Source of the DNA: Piromyces finnis finn
Lineage: Eukaryota > Fungi > Neocallimastigomycota
Reading direction: 5' to 3'
Assembly: GCA_002104945.1 (NCBI GenBank)
Contig: MCFH01000023.1
Span: 682,001 to 746,000, forward strand
Length of the DNA stretch: 64,000 nucleotides
In this document: one piece after another, positions 1 to 13,155 of the stretch
Layout of the letters: each line of letters opens with the position of its first letter
Numbering within the stretch: the first letter of the stretch is position 1
Position numbers and translations under genes: made by a program
The notes under the pieces: generated by a model
Seen by the model: the letters and a program-made list of their open reading frames with translations, nothing else
Told to the model about the DNA's origin: nothing
Databases searched by the model: none

Positions 1-1504
1 ATATGTTAAACTTGAACATGTTGTTTTAGATTTCAAAGGAACATTAAATTTTACTGATGAACTTTTTGAAATAACTGGTGATTGAGAACCTTTATTAATA
101 TGATTTAGTATATTTGGAATTAAATCATGAAATTCATCTTCTTCACCTTCGTCCTTTTATTATTTAATATTAAATATTAATATATAACAATATGTAATTA
201 AATATAATTAATATATATCATCCAATTAATTAAATTATAAATAATAAAATGTCTATTCAACATAAAAGAATGAAATAATAAAACTTATTTATATACATAT
301 TTTTTATTTTATTATATTAATCTATACTTACTTGAATTGATTGAAGGATTTCATCAATTGATATAGGCTTTGGAGCTGGCTTTTTTTCATATATTGCGGA
401 ATAAAAATCATTTTCTGTTGTTTTATATACAGATGGAATTCTTTCTCTTATAAATTTTGGGAATCTAATTAGATGCATTGTTTTTTTCCAAATTTCAGGT
501 GTAATTTTAAAATTTCTCCAATCAACATGAAGTGTACATTCTTCCATAATTAAATGTATATCTTTGATAACACCATCATTAATAAATTCAAAAACACTAT
601 CATCATCAACAGTCCTATAATCCAATGGTTTTAATTCTTTTAAATCAAGGAAATTTTTATTATTGCATGTAAATCCTTTGAAACCATATCCATTTAGCCA
701 TTTAATATAATAACGATCTCTAATATACTCTTCATGATGCTGTTGACGAACAGGCATTATTTCAATATCAAGAACAATAAAATCTGAACGAATAGTAATT
801 TCATTTTTTAATCTTTGAAGTAAATCTGGATAATCTGTTGTTAATGCATCTAAAGAAGTTTTCTGAGTACCATCTTCAAAAAAAACAGAATTTTTTAATA
901 CTACACCATTAATATATGTTTTAACCTTATTAAATAAATCTAAATTATCAAGATCTACTAATTTAACCATGCTTTGGAAGAAGCTAGTCATATCTGCTAA
1001 AAGTTGAACACATCCAGGAATTCCAAGATTTTCTTCTAGATATGAAAATTCAAAAAATACAATACCTTGAATAATACCTTGTGGTAATTCATTGGTTGTT
1101 TCTTTAACTAATTTTTTTAAATATTTAAAAAAATGACCTTTTGAATGTTTTTGATAGTCATTCCATTTTTCACGAACATTAATGGAAGTCAATACCATTT
1201 TATATGAAGATACAAAATCATAATAAGAAACATTTGGATTTTTATTTTCACTCATAAACTTTAAATTTTCATTATGTGAGTTTAAAAGTTTATCAATTGG
1301 TAAAATTAATAGGTCAATATTATTATTACCATTAATATAATTTAATTTTCCTAAATCCCCATTGTATACACCAAAACTCTGAATATTTTTTGAGTTAAAA
1401 AGTGGTGTTTTATATGCTAAAATATCATTTTTTCTATTACCATTGTTACCATTATTATTATTATTATTATTGTTGTTGTTGTTATCTTTCTTTTGTTTTG
1501 CCAT
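1..1504 (-). CDS. 5' part of a large protein that runs off the left edge; N-terminal GH114-like TIM-barrel domain of the fungal Gtb3/PelF-type GT4 proteins (tentative)
   Basis: ATG at 1504. The ORF-track stop at 317 lies inside an intron: there is a GTAAGT donor at 331 (after ...QSIQ) and an AG acceptor at 155-154, both phase 0. Exon 2 (153..1) reads DEGEEDEFHDLIPNILNHINKG... with no stop. The motifs QSFGVYNG, IDLLILP, INGVVLKNSVFFEDG, DFIVLDIE and KWLNGYG match my recollection of the N-terminal domain of large fungal GT4 proteins. Confidence 0.55.
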
Positions 1505-2222
1505 AATGAAATATTACTATATTGATATATAATTATTGATACATGAAAATTTGAAATATTGAGTTAATTAGATAAATATTTGTATAATTGCCATATATAT
1601 ATCATAATAGGCTCTGAATGAATAAGCACCGAGACAAAGATATAAATATTATAAATATAAGTTTATTAATTTTTATTTTTAAATGTAATTTTTTTTTATA
1701 TAATTAATTAGTATATATTTATATATATATTTATATAATTACTTAATATATTTTTAAGCTTATATATTTTGAATAGAATATATCTTTTTTAAATTTTGAA
1801 ATTTACTTTTTATATTTTAATAGATATATCTATTTATTTCATAAAAAAATAACCCTTTATACTATTGCTATACCCATACAAAAAAATTATTATTTTTCTT
1901 TTTTAAAAATATATATTTACAAATAATAAGATTTCACTTTATTTTAGTGAAGTGACTTTTTATAAATAAACTAAATTATAAATAAAAAGAAGAATGAACG
2001 AAGATAAAAGTAAAATATAAAAAGGAAGAGTAAAAAAAAAAAAAGTATAAATATATTATTAATTTATTAATAGTAATATAGTAAAATATAATAAATATAT
2101 AATATTAATTAAATAATTAAAATATTATTATGGAAATTTAGAAAATAGAACTTTAAAATAAATATAAAAGTATTAAATTAATATATGATATATTATTTGA
2201 AGTATATTAAATATATTAAATC

Positions 2223-2254
<32 letters not shown>

Positions 2255-3463
2255 TATACATTAAACAAAAAAGTCAATAAAAATGTGGCTTGATAGACAA
2301 AATCATAACAAAATAATTATAGAAAAAAAATATTGAAAAAGAAAACAAAATATATAATCTTTTTTTTTTTTATATATAATACATATATGTATTTAAAAAT
2401 AAATAAGATTTATTCATTTTACAATTAGTCTATAAAAACATTTTTTTTTATTTTATTTTTAACAAAATTCTATTTTAAAAAAACTTTATTCTAATAATAC
2501 AATATTCTTTATGTTATATTATGCTATGTAAATTATTTTATTTAATTATTAAAGTTTGATAAAAGCTTTTTAAGTTACATAAAAAAATTATAAAATTAAA
2601 ATTTATCCCAAAATTAAATTAAAGTTTATATATAAAATATTTTAATAATAAAAATATTATTAATTTAATTTTGGATATACATATATGGGAACTTTTGCGG
2701 TAATAGAAAATTAAATTTGAAGATATAATGTAGCAAATATGTGGAAAAATATATTATGAACATTTAATATATCAAGCCACATCAATCAAATTGTTATAAT
2801 ACTATTAAGAAATAGATTACAAGAATTATTTTGCTATTTTCATAATATAGTTATTTAATTTATATATATAATATGTATTATATATTACATGTAGTTTGTG
2901 AATAGCTATAACAATATAATAACAAATACAATTAATGATTTTTATTATTAGGATAGTGGTTTATTTATATCATTATCACTATTATTATAACTCTAAATAA
3001 TTATAAAAAACTAACTTTAAAAATAAGATTATATTAATGTAGATTCATTTTAAATATAGATATAGATATAATAATAAATACACTATATTTATAATTGTAA
3101 TATAGCATATTTTAAATATTAAATAATATATATGATTGAATATTGAATATTGTAATAATTTAAAAAAGGAACAGTATAATATAATAGCTATAATTTTTAT
3201 TATAAAGAAAAAGAAATAACTTTTTTTTGTTATCAATTAATTTACTTTTTTTTTAAATGAATGAAAGATGACCATATTGCATAGAATTGTTATTTAAGAA
3301 ATACATAACTAGATATAATAATGATTTAATAATATAAATATGAGTAATTATTAGTGTATAATTAAATATTTAATTAAATAGAAACTAAATAGTTATTATT
3401 TAATTAATTAACTAACTAAATAAAAATCAATTATTATTAATAAAAATGAATTATTTATTAGCT

Positions 3464-3495
<32 letters not shown>

Positions 3496-4340
3496 TTTAT
3501 TGTCGTTTTAATAGAAAACTCATTATTAAATAAAACTATTATTAATGAGTTAATAAGATTATAATATTACTATGATAAATATAATGTTATTAATAATTAA
3601 TACATTTTTCTCTATTTTATTTTTTTTAGTAAATTTAAATATAAATTACTAAAAAAATTAAAATATTAAAATGATATATTGGTTTAGCCTTTTCTTTCAT
3701 GTAATGAATTGTAAGTTATTCATTCAAAACATTTATGTGGTTTATATAGAATGTTATTTTCAAAATTTAAATATTTCTATTACTTTTTTAAAATATTTAT
3801 GTTTCATTTTCAATAAAATTATGATATTTTTTTTTTTACTTTATAAGTATAATAATTATTAAATGTAATTATTTAAAAATTAATGAATATATAAAATTCT
3901 AACATTTTAACATAATTGCTTTAGTAATTTATATTTACTAAAAAAAAATAAAATAGAAAAAAATGTATTAATTAATTATATTTATCAATTGGAGAAAAAT
4001 ATGTGGGACAAAAGTTACACTTTTTAAAATATATCTTATTTTTTTATTTTTTTTTTTATTGATGGGAATAAGCTGTAAAGCATTATTTATTAAAACAATA
4101 ATAAATAAAAAATCTTTTTAAAAAAATATTTAATTACTTTTCGTTTAATATATAAAGAAATATTGATATTATTATAAATAGTTAAGTGGTTTTGAAACAG
4201 CTGCATAAAGTTTAATAACAAATACTTTTTTTTATTCAGAAATAAATGTGAATTTTGGTAACACAACAAATATATAACATTAAAATATAAAAAAAGTGAA
4301 TAAAATTTTATTTAATAAATAAAAATTTTTTTTAAGAATT

Positions 4341-5590
4341 ATGGAATGCAAAAATGGTAAATATCTAAAATGGAAGTTTAATGCTCAAAAATGGGAACCT
4401 TCTACAGAAGTAATTATTGATTTCTCATTTTTTTTTTTCTTTTAACAAATATAGATTAATTTAGATAAGAATTACATCATATATTTTGATATAATTATAT
4501 TTTGAAATTTATTTCTTTTTAAATACCTAAATAATATTTATATTTTAAAAGGAATACAACAATTATTTGCAATTTGTTCAACCTGAAGAACGTACAAGAA
4601 TTAAACGTTTTCATAATTTTATTGATTCTAAAAGAGCTTTAATAGGAAGATTACTGTTAAGACAAGCAATTCATATATTACTAAATGTAAATTGGAAAAA
4701 CATTGAATTAGGTCGTTCAGAAAATAATAAACCATACATTAAACAAGTAATTAAGAATGTTCAAATTAATTATTAAAAAGTTTAAAGTATAATAATAATG
4801 TTTATTTAAATTGCTTAAATATAAATAGATAAAAAATTCAGATGTATCTTTTAAGGATATATCAATAAATATATCTCATCATGGTGAATGGGTTGCTTTA
4901 ATTGCTAGTACAAAAAAAACAGTTGGAATTGATATTATGAAAATAAATGAAGATCCAAGAAGGGATGTTAATAGTTTCTTCGATTTAATGAAAGATGTCG
5001 TAAGCTTTAAATAATATAACCAATAATATTAAAAAAAAAAAAAAAAAAAACAATGAAAAATTAAACTTTTTTTTTATATTTTAATATAATTTAGTTTACT
5101 GAAAATGAATGGAAAGAAATTAATGAACCAAAAGAGGATAAAAAAAGACTTGAGAGATTTTATAAATTTTGGTCATTGAAAGAAAGTTATGTTAAAGCTA
5201 TTGGTAAAGGAATTATAATGGACCTTCAAACAATTGAATTTAGTTTAAATCGAGATGATGTTGGAAAGGTAAATATATATAATTTATTTTATCTAATTTA
5301 TTTTATCATTATAAATATAAATTATATATATTTATTTTTAATATACCTATCTCAATATCTATATTTTTTTATAATATTATTACTAAAATTATTCAAAGAC
5401 AATCGAAACAGCTTCTTTAACTAGAAACAATAAAAAATTAAATAATTGGCTATTTTATATATATCATTTAGATAATATCCATTGTTCCTCCATAGCAATT
5501 AATACAAAAGAAGAGGATGAAATTATAAAAAATTCGGAATTTGTTAACTTAACAATAGAACAGTTAATAAATAGTGCTGAAGTACTTTAA
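4341..5590 (+). CDS. LYS5: Sfp/AASDHPPT-type 4'-phosphopantetheinyl transferase, 5 exons
   Basis: Spliced exons give MECKNGKYLKWKF..., SKRALIGRLLLR, NKPY, NISHHGEWV, VGIDIM and FYKFWSLKESYVKAIGKG, which are the canonical PPTase motifs. GT-AG introns; stop TAA at 5588-5590. Confidence 0.93.
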
Positions 5591-5864
5591 ATATAATTTA
5601 GTAGAAAAAAAAACGATTTATTATATATTCATATATTCATTATCTTGTAAATAAATAATTATAAGGTTAAAAAATTATTTCATTATATAGAATTTATTAA
5701 TTAAATTACATTAATTATTTTGATTTTTTTTTTTATCTCATTTGTTTATTATTGATTTACAATGTAGAAAATAATTATTTATGATAGTGTTATAAAATTT
5801 ATTATAAATTGTAATAATTTTTATGATAACATTGGAATAATAGACGATGAATTTGTTTTCATTC

Positions 5865-8800
5865 AACTAATTTTATAATTTTATTATTTATATCGATTGA
5901 ACGGTTTCTATGTCTAAATGGCCTTTGAGCTTGTGTCTATTATATATATAATTAAAACAAAAATTAATGAAAAAATATGTTATAGTATTTAATTATAATA
6001 TTCAATAATATTAATTTTCTAATATTTACATTTTTATTTATTATTTTTATAACTTCATTATTATTATTATTATCATTATTATTATTGTTATTGTTGCTGC
6101 TGTTGTTGTTAGTAATATTTATATTATCATTTATTTTATCATTAATATTATTTATACTATGCTTCGTATCAATTAAAGAAAATGAATCTACAAATTTATT
6201 TTTTTTTGTTTTAATTTTATCATTAATTTGTCGTTTTTGATAGATATTAACAAAATCTTGTTTTTGGTATATAATTGAATTATCAATATGAGATGGTAAT
6301 TGTTTAATTATATCATTGATTGAAATATCACCATTATTATTTATTTTTCTTATTGGTTTATTATTAATGGATGGTAATTGTGTTTTATTACCTAAATTAA
6401 ATTAAAACAAAAACAAAAACAAACAAACAAAAAAAAAAAAACATTAAAATAATTTTTAAAATAATTATTAATCTTCTTTTTTTTTTTATTTATCTGTATT
6501 TTGAATTACAATAAGTTTTATTAAGAGTTGTTTGTGATCTTCTAAAGGTATAAGATGATTTATTTGAAAGAAAATCTTTTAATTTTGATTCTATAAGTCT
6601 CTTAAAATATATTTCTTGATCATAAGAAGTTAAATTCTAATAACATAATTTATATTTATATTAATATTAGTAATGATTATATAGTAAGTAATTTCAAAAT
6701 ATTGTGATTTATTGGATTTTTTATACCTTATCTTTAACCATCATTTTCATTCTCATAATTATAATATATTTTAATTTTTTTAATAGTAAATTAGTACTTT
6801 TTTATATACTTCTATTTTAGAGATTAATTATATTATTCATATATAAATATTTACTTGCTAATTATTTCATCTAAGCTATCGGATTCGTATATTTGAATTG
6901 GTCTTGATTCAGGAAATTTATCAAATTTTTCATTAATTTCAACAGTATAACTAGAACAATCATAATCCTCCTCCTCCTCTTCTTTATTATTGTCATTGTT
7001 AATTTCATCCACTCCTGCTAACTGGTCTTTATATTCCTCTATATTTTCTTCCAAATGATCCAAAATTTGTTTTTTATCAATAAAATCTTTTATTTCTTTC
7101 TTTGTTCGTTTATTTTTATGTTCATCATATACTTTTACAAAGGGGTAGTTATTATTTTCTGGATAGAATAAGAAAAAGGATGTCATCATATTAACCATGT
7201 CCTGTAATCGGATTGCTCTGTTTATTAAATCAATATCACTATTTAATTTTTTATAATTATTTGTCAACTAATATTTTAATAAATAATATTTTATATATTA
7301 GTTTATTTTTTAATTTTTATCATAAAATAATATTTTTTACAAGTATATATTAATTTCCAAATTATAGAATTTATACCATTTTTTGTAAAACTAATTTACT
7401 TTTTGTTTCACTTTCTTCCATGAGTTTATTATTGTCGTTAGTATATTCTTCTTTACTGTTATTTAAACTTCTCATTGAACTTAAGTTAGAACTATTTTCT
7501 TCCATTATTATTTCTCTTTTTAACATTGTAACCTTATCACTAATCTTATTATCATTTGATATATTTTTTGAGTTTTTACTTTTATTGGTTTTCTTCAAAA
7601 TAGAAGAGCGACTAGAATGATTATCATTATCATTTATATTTAAATTGTCCTCTTGATTATCCAATACTTTATTTTTTTCATTTTTTTCATCATCCTTTTC
7701 TTCAACTCTTTCTTTTAATTTATCATTAATTGTCTTTTTTCCATTAATAATTTTGAAAGTTTCCATGTTATTTTTCTCAACATCCCTAAAAATTTCATTT
7801 TCGATCATTTTATCAATATTTACATTCATATCGCTTGGTACTTTATTTTAATAGATGAAACAATAAATTATTGTCAATATTATAAAATAGGTAATCCTAC
7901 AAAATAAGTATATATAAATTAAATTTAATTTTTAATAATTACATTTTTTTTGTGCAATTAACCATTTCATTACTTGCTGATTAGTTTTGTTCTTTTTACC
8001 AATAAGTTTTTCAATTTCAGATAACAAGTTATTTGCTGTTTTTAATTTTGCGTTTCTTTGAACTAACATTTGGTTTTCAGATAATAAACTCATAGTTTTT
8101 TCAGACATTTTTTTTAATTGAGAATTTATAATAATGTTTTCTTGAATTGCCCTTTTTGTTGTCTTATATATATAATAATATTTATATTATTAAATATTAA
8201 TACATCTAATTTAAATAAATACTTTTTAATACCTCTGCAATCTGTTGGTCTGCAACTTTCTGAAAATTAAGAACAACTTCATTAACCTTTTGCAACATTT
8301 CTTTTCTTAGTTTTGTCTATTTAGATAATATAATATATAAAATATTATATATTATGTTTTTATTTTTATATGTATACTATATATATTTATTTATTATGCC
8401 TATATTTTTATATTTAATATTACTTTATCCTGTAACATTTTCTTTTCCATATTATATATAGTCTTTTTATATTCTTCTTCATTATCAATAATTGTCTTTT
8501 TTAAAGTTTCAATTTCTGCTTCCATTTTTTTCTGTTATATAAAAATTATATTTATTTGCGTTTTAATTTTTAAATTGAAAAGTAAACTTAATAATAGTTT
8601 ATATATTATATTCAACTATTTACTTTATTTATTTTAAATTGGTTCAGTTCGTCCAATTCTGATTTATATTTTGTATTTTGAAAATTTAGATTTTCAACTA
8701 CTACATCATGTTCTTGTTTTAATTTTTCTAATTCCATTCGTATATATTATCAATTAAATTATATAAAATAATTTAAAATTATTTGTAGTAAGCTATAATT

Positions 8801-9372
8801 TTTAAATATTAAAATTAATATTTTAATATTTGACATTTATAAATAAATAAAAAGGATATTTCCATTTTCTTCTATCATGGATTTTTCTTCTTCTAATTCT
8901 TTTATTCGATCTGCAAGTTCGGTTATATGTTGTTCATGTTCAATTACTTTTACATTTAGAAATTCAACTATATCTTTTTTATTTTGACTCGATGCTGCTT
9001 GTGTTTCACCAAGTAATGAATTTTCATTTATTAATATTTCATTTTTTTGTTTACTATATAATAACAATAACAATAACAATAATAATAATTGAAAATATAA
9101 GAATAATACTATTAATAATATTATCATTAAATATATAATAAATCCTACTATTTTTCTATTTTATCGGTTAATTCTTGTATTTTTGCTTCATATATCAGAT
9201 TTTGAACAATAGCTCTACTTTCCTTGTCATCATCTGACAAAGATGTATATATTAATAATAGAGATATTGTGTTAAGGATGACTTCAAAACAATTTTTAAT
9301 TTTTATTTTAGGAATATATTAATATTTAAAAGGATATTTTTCAGTTAATTGATTTTTTTTACGAGATGTCAT
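5865..9372 (-). CDS. CFAP157: Cilia- and flagella-associated protein 157 orthologue with low-complexity C-terminal extension, about 11 exons
   Basis: Spliced exons give NKKDIVEFL and YNMEKKMLQDK-TKLRKEMLQKVNEVVLNFQKVADQQIAE-TTKRAIQEN, closely resembling human CFAP157 ([32 protein letters not shown]...ETTKRAIKEN). Includes ORFs 8837-9127, 7371-7829 and 6851-7267. The last exon and end coordinate are approximate. Confidence 0.8.
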
Positions 9373-9619
9373 GTATATATTATATTTCTAATATTTATAT
9401 TATTTATAGCTATTAAAAAATGTAAATTTACATAAAAATAATAATAATAATAAAAAAATACTATATTATATATCAAAAATCCTTAGATTTATAATTTTCC
9501 TTTGAATTATATGAATGAAATTTTTCGATGATATTTTTACTTATTTAATTTTTAGAGTTTTTATACTTTTAATTATTTATAAGATTAATTATTTGTACAA
9601 CATAGTAAAATATAAATTT

Positions 9620-9693
9620 ATATATAAAAGTAAATCAAGAAAAAGTGAAAAATAAAAAATAATATATAAAAGTAAATCAAGAAAAAGTGAAAA
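9620..9693. repeat. Perfect 32-bp direct repeat, two copies, period 42 bp
   Basis: atatataaaagtaaatcaagaaaaagtgaaaa at 9620-9651 and 9662-9693. Confidence 0.9.
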
Positions 9694-9913
9694 TAATATA
9701 TAAATAATAAAAACAAAAAATAAACTAACTAAATATAATCTAATAACTAAATAAAAGCTAATAGGAAAAATAATATATATATATTTTATATAATTTTATA
9801 TATTTTTATTGCTTTATTTACATAAAATAGTTTTTAACATATAATTAATCATAGAAAATAAATAATTAAAAATTTATACTATTTTAAATATTATATATAT
9901 TTTATAAATATAT

Positions 9914-11998
9914 TTAATTTTGGTTTTCTTCATTTATAATAGCATTATCAACAACATTATACCAATTTTTTACTTTATCCGAAAGATTATCGTCATCTGA
10001 AAATTCAATTAGATCATTAACAGTATCTTCACTGGGATAAGTTGGAATTGATTTTCTTGGAAGTGGTTCATCTAATGATAAGGAAATATTATTACTTAGT
10101 AATTCACTTATTGAACTAATTGAATTAGTTTTGCTTTTCTTAGTTTCATTTTCAATATTAAAATCGTCTTCAAAATTTATTAAGTTATTTTCAGTAAGAT
10201 TAGAATTATTATTTTCAGTATTATTTTCGAATATATTATTATCGAAATCAATAAGAGGCTTGTCTTCGATTATATTATTAGAAATTTCATTGTTAAAATC
10301 AAGCAAGTCAATCAATGGTTGCTTTTCTTCTATTTTTTCATTTTCATTTTTAGAATAATCACTTACTTCACTATTAATATCAATTAATGGCTGAGTTTCA
10401 TTAGTTTCATTAGTACAGTAGTTATTTATTGAATCATCACCACTATTTCCATTTTCTATATTTTCTTCAATATTATCAATAAATATCTTCTCTGGGGTTT
10501 TCTTTTCTTCAGCATCAACATATACAGTTTCAACATTTATTAATTGATCTTGTGGTAATAATTCACTAGTAACTTTAGCTGGTTCTGGCATAATTGTAAT
10601 TATTTTTGGAGTTTGAATACTATCACAAACAATAGTTTCGGTTTTAACTTCCAATAACTCATCATATGGTAATAATTCTTTAGTATATGTGATTGGTTCG
10701 GGTAGAATGTGAATTAACTTTGGAATTTTCATTTCTGGCATATTAACAATACTGATTGTCAATTCAATAGGTTCATCATTAGGTAATTGTTCCCTTGTAA
10801 AAACAAGGGAATCTGGAAGCTTTTCTTCAATAAAAATGTGTTTTGGTAATGATGGATTTATTTTTTCAACATTAATTGTACTAATAAATAATGGTTCATC
10901 ATTTGCTAAAACTTCAGTAGAATATTTAATTGGTTCTGGTAATGGCTCAATAATATTAGGAACTAATGGCTTTATAGATTCAATTTTTTCATCTATTTGA
11001 GAGGTTTCTGAAGTGGTGTTTATTGATTCCTGAATTTTAACAACTTCTTCAGAAACAAGTGGACATTTTTCTAATGATTCAATTACATTTAAGGGTTTTG
11101 TTTGTGGTTTTGTTTGTACAACTTCTTTCTTTCTACTGTTACCATGTTCCCATGGTAAAGAATAAGTAGTAGTTTTTTGAGTTGGTGCAATAACAGGTGA
11201 GGAAATTATAGGTGAGGATATAACAGGTATTGGACTTGATGGTTTATAATCAGAACTACCTAGTACTGGTGAACTAGAAGTATATAAACCATATGAGTTT
11301 CTTCTTGGTTCAAGAGATGGTGATGGGCATTTTTCGTAATAACAATAACCAGGTGGAGTGGCTGGACGAGGCATAAGTTGATCAACACTACTTAATTGAG
11401 AATCTGCGAAGAATTTTTGTCTTTCATTGAATACGTTCTTTCCAACAGTATTGGTTTCTTTCTTTCCAGCCAAATCAATAATTTTCTTTTTTAATAAAAT
11501 AATATAAAAAAAATAGAGTTAACAATAAACAATGTACAAAGAAAGAATATTTATTAATTTTAAATTTGCTTACCTTTAAGGATTCCGACTTAGCAGATGA
11601 AACAGACCAATTATGGTCTGGTATAACAATTTTTTCATCAATTGTACTTCTTGTACTTTTTATATTTGATGAAGAAACTACAGGCTTATTAAATGAAAGT
11701 TTGATTTTATCATTAGATGTTTTCTTTTTGCTAACGGAGTTGTTAATTAATGATTTTGGTTTTGGGATACCACCATCATTTTCAAGCTTTTGAAGGAAGA
11801 ATTTACGTCTAGCCAAAAATTCCTCTTTACCAAAACTCTTTTTTTCTTCCTTTGGCTTACTAAGGATATTCTATATAACATATAAAAAAAGTGATTAATT
11901 TATTTGATGAATATAGAGATAAGCAATTTATTATTTTTATTTACTTTAAATGTGTTAGATTTTGGGGAGAATAAAGAATCGCTATTTTCTGAAGACAT
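9914..11998 (-). CDS. Acidic, largely disordered protein with about 39-aa internal repeats and clathrin-box-like motifs, 3 exons
   Basis: Exon 1 MSSENSDSLFSPKSNTFK (ATG 11998), exon 2 NILSKPKEEKK...SESLK, and exon 3 KIIDLAGKKETN... join ORFs 11475-11816 and 9914-11473 through GT-AG introns. Confidence 0.8.
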
Positions 11999-13155
11999 TT
12001 TCCTTTTATTCAATAATAAGAAATTATATTATATTTAATATTATATTTATAATACTTCAGTTGGTCTTTATAAATATAAACTTTTTATATAGAATATTGA
12101 ATTTGTTTTAAAATAAATTTTTTTTTTGATAATATATGCTATTTTGAAACTTTCCCGTTTGAAAGTTATGAAATAATGAAGGTAATGACAATAAATAAAA
12201 AGAAAACGCCTTTTATATAAAATATTAAATAAAAATTATGAATGGGGATATATAATTTTTATTTAATATTTTTACTAAAATCTTCTCTTTAAACTTTCAA
12301 TAATTATGTTTTTTTTTTCTGTTATTTTTTTTTTTTTTTTTTATAATAATAAATTTGATTTTTTTAATATTAATCTATATATATATATATAATTAATATA
12401 AAATGTAATAAGTAAAAAATTATAAATTTATCTGAATAATAATAATATTAAAGTACTATAATAATTACCAAATTTTACACTTTAAGAAGTGTTAGATAAT
12501 AGAATTGTATAAGTATGTCTTATTTTTATTAAATTGATTAATTATATGTTAATTTTTTTAATGAAAATTAAAAAAAAAAAAAAAAAGGGAATTTTTTTTT
12601 CTTTTATTTAATGAAATCTTTCTTTTTCTTTTATTAATATTACAACAGATTTAGAAATTGAAATTATTTCAATTATAAGAGTAGTACCAATCTTTATATT
12701 TTCTTTAATTATGATTTTAATAACTTAAAAATAGTAAAAGTTTTTAGTAATTGTATAGTGATTAAAATAGACATTTAATATAATTGATAGTTGTGATTTA
12801 ATAATTAATGAAATTTAAAACTAAATAATGAAATAGATTTTTAAGATTATTATATCAATCAAATAATATTTTGAATAGTGCTAAAAAAGAATTTAGAAAA
12901 TAAAAAGTAAAGAATATATTATTGATTTACCATTAACCAATAAATTTATATATTTAATTTATAATTTTACACAGAATTATATATAGAAATAATTATATTT
13001 ATGCTTAATTAATTAATTGTTTATATTAACATCCACATTTTTATAAATATATTAATTTCTTTTTTTAGGTTTTTGAACTATTTTTTAAAATTTTATTTTA
13101 TATAAATCTTATGGTTTTTAATGTATATTGTTAAAACTTTATTCAAAAATTTATT

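Noticed and set aside
317-331. Stop codon ending a complete 395-aa intronless orphan gene
   Set aside because: It lies in an intron; a GTAAGT donor at 331 splices in phase to an exon at 153.
3045-3862. Short Ile/Phe/Tyr/Leu-rich ORFs (also 19025, 19978, 37821, 41653, 57203)
   Set aside because: Their composition is that of AT-rich intergenic DNA, several have non-ATG starts, and they have no motifs.
7420-7620. Antisense ORFs over real exons (also 10131, 11566, 17293, 20714, 21158, 22214, 22792, 25475, 35702, 36623, 40659, 48619, 50636, 52539)
   Set aside because: These are shadow frames of codon-biased genes on the opposite strand.
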